Source: Phyllosticta citribraziliensis
Taxonomy: Eukaryota
Assembly: GCF_038025025.1 (NCBI RefSeq)
Contig: NW_027117339.1
Span: 1,364,001 to 1,428,000 of the forward strand
DNA length: 64,000 bases
Direction: 5' to 3'
Shown: positions 62,662 through 64,000 of the stretch, one piece after another
How positions within the stretch are numbered: the first letter of the stretch is position 1
Layout: each line of letters starts with the position of its first letter
Notes under the pieces: generated by a model
Databases searched by the model: none
What the model saw: the letters and a program-made list of their open reading frames with translations, nothing else
What the model was told of the DNA's origin: nothing
Program-made: the position numbers and the translations under genes

Positions 62662-63328
62662 TGCATAATTCTACTCGCCCCAGATCCAACGAGGGCATTG
62701 AGATGAACATCAAGGCTCTCTTATGTACGTCGCCTCCAGCCAGACATGAGTTGTTTCGGCGTAAGACTCTTTTTAAGAAAAGACCCTTGGAGCACATCCA
62801 ATTCAGTGGACTTGAGCAATAAAAGGTTAAATGGCGGGTGGATGAACCAGGGAGGCGTCTGGATGCTTCTTGGGCAGGAGAAATGGCGTTCGAAGGTTCG
62901 TACATCTGCAGCATGTGAAACTCCGCCGTCTCCAGCTCTTAAAGCTAAGGACAGCTCGAAAGCAGAGTGGTTGATGAGTTGAGAGTTGAGAGCATTCCGA
63001 GCCAAAGCAGGGATAGCGCATATAGGCGGTCCAATGGCCTTGGAGAAACCCAATTACGCCTTGCAAAGCTCTCGTCCCGGCCGCCTTCCTGGACTGTGCA
63101 GTGACTCACTAGCTGCACAGTTAAAAGTTGAACGCATAAGCCGAACGGGTTCACAGTGCTGGGGTCATCCATACAAAATATCTCCCATCCTGCCAACCAC
63201 GTCCGACACATAAAATCCTCATGGGTGCCAGAACCGACTGTCTGTCGCGACAAGCCAGCCTCATTCACTGTGGAGTTTTCCAAAGCTTTCTCTCCGACAC
63301 GCCACCCCCAGCCAAAAAGTAGTTCTCC

Positions 63329-64000
63329 ATGGAGATCCCTCAGGACCAAAATGAAGCCGAAGAAGACATGAAGGACTTTTTCGTGGGCTTCCTCGGAAAC
63401 TTCAGCGACAAAAGCGTAGGCATGGTGGTGCGGTTTGACGGAGTGGTAAGCGATCCGGCTCCAATGTCATTGCAGCAAGGCTGATTGTCCAGAAAAGTCA
63501 GACCTCACGCTTCATGAGCGCAGGTGTGCTTCACAGGATCCAGAACGAGCAAACAGCCGAGGCCAATTGGTAGGTGCGCTGGACCAAATCTTGGAAGAGT
63601 GTCCTCGCAATACGAACAACCGCAAAGAATGGCTGGGAAATGCCATTGATAAAATATCTGTTGATCCAACGCCGTCATATGAGTCTCCGCTGTTGGTTCC
63701 CGGTCAGGACGGTCACTGTGAGACTGGACGCCACCGTCTTGAGCTTTCGCTGAAGTCTCGTTTCCCGCTTGAGCTTGTCGACATTGTGAGTTGGCGGCAA
63801 TGCCATTGAATTTGGCTAATCCTCTTGCAGGGTCATGTCTGTCTCGGTCCCCGAATCGGACAGCATGTGATTTACCTCAAAATGCTCTATCAGTTTCCAA
63901 AGTTTCTGGATCTAGCACGAGAGCTGAGGGACATGGTTTACAAATATCTGATTGTTCACCACAATGAAATTTTCATCCCGCGAGACTGGAAGTTTTCCGA
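63329..64000 (+). CDS. Third F-box-like paralogue, partial at the window end
   Basis: After the intron at 63786-63830 the frame reads GHVCLGPRIGQHVIYLKMLYQFPKFLDLARELRDMVYKYLIVHHNEIFIP. Candidate ATG at 63329; internal exon structure is tentative. Confidence 0.62.

Overview
Gene-dense, intron-containing eukaryotic DNA from a filamentous ascomycete; short GT-AG introns with CTRAC branch points and the gene content suggest Pezizomycotina, probably Dothideomycetes (inference). About 27 protein-coding genes are supported. Recognisable ones are ECM29 (3'-truncated), a UBX5/UBXN7-type p97 adaptor, ERG26, a DUF5872-like/DUF2945 protein, a SUR7/PalI-family protein, an APC amino-acid/polyamine permease, an SH3BGR/glutaredoxin-like protein, the bZIP regulator flbB, a phospholipid acyltransferase, palC, the complex I NDUFB10-type subunit, a Kv-beta-like aldo-keto reductase, a dipeptidyl-peptidase V, an Env7/STK16 kinase, a SAM methyltransferase, PCNA and pyridoxal kinase. 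There are also several hypothetical genes and a tandem array of F-box-like paralogues at the right end. I recognised no tRNA, rRNA, CRISPR array or intact transposon. The most interesting signals are isoform switches that the ORF track misses. (1) The aldo-keto reductase has a splice donor overlapping its stop codon; using it gives a C-terminus ending KVKSRL (PTS1), while a second donor keeps the stop, and an upstream in-frame ATG adds a mitochondrial-like presequence, so one gene could serve three compartments. (2) flbB has the same two-donor layout, giving a full-length or a truncated bZIP. (3) The dipeptidyl-peptidase has a leaky upstream ATG that adds a signal-like peptide. Also notable are a small orphan protein with two CxC-x8-GCxxC repeats, a PCNA start codon split by an intron, and the F-box-like array with a shared intron position. 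All calls were made by eye, with no database searches.
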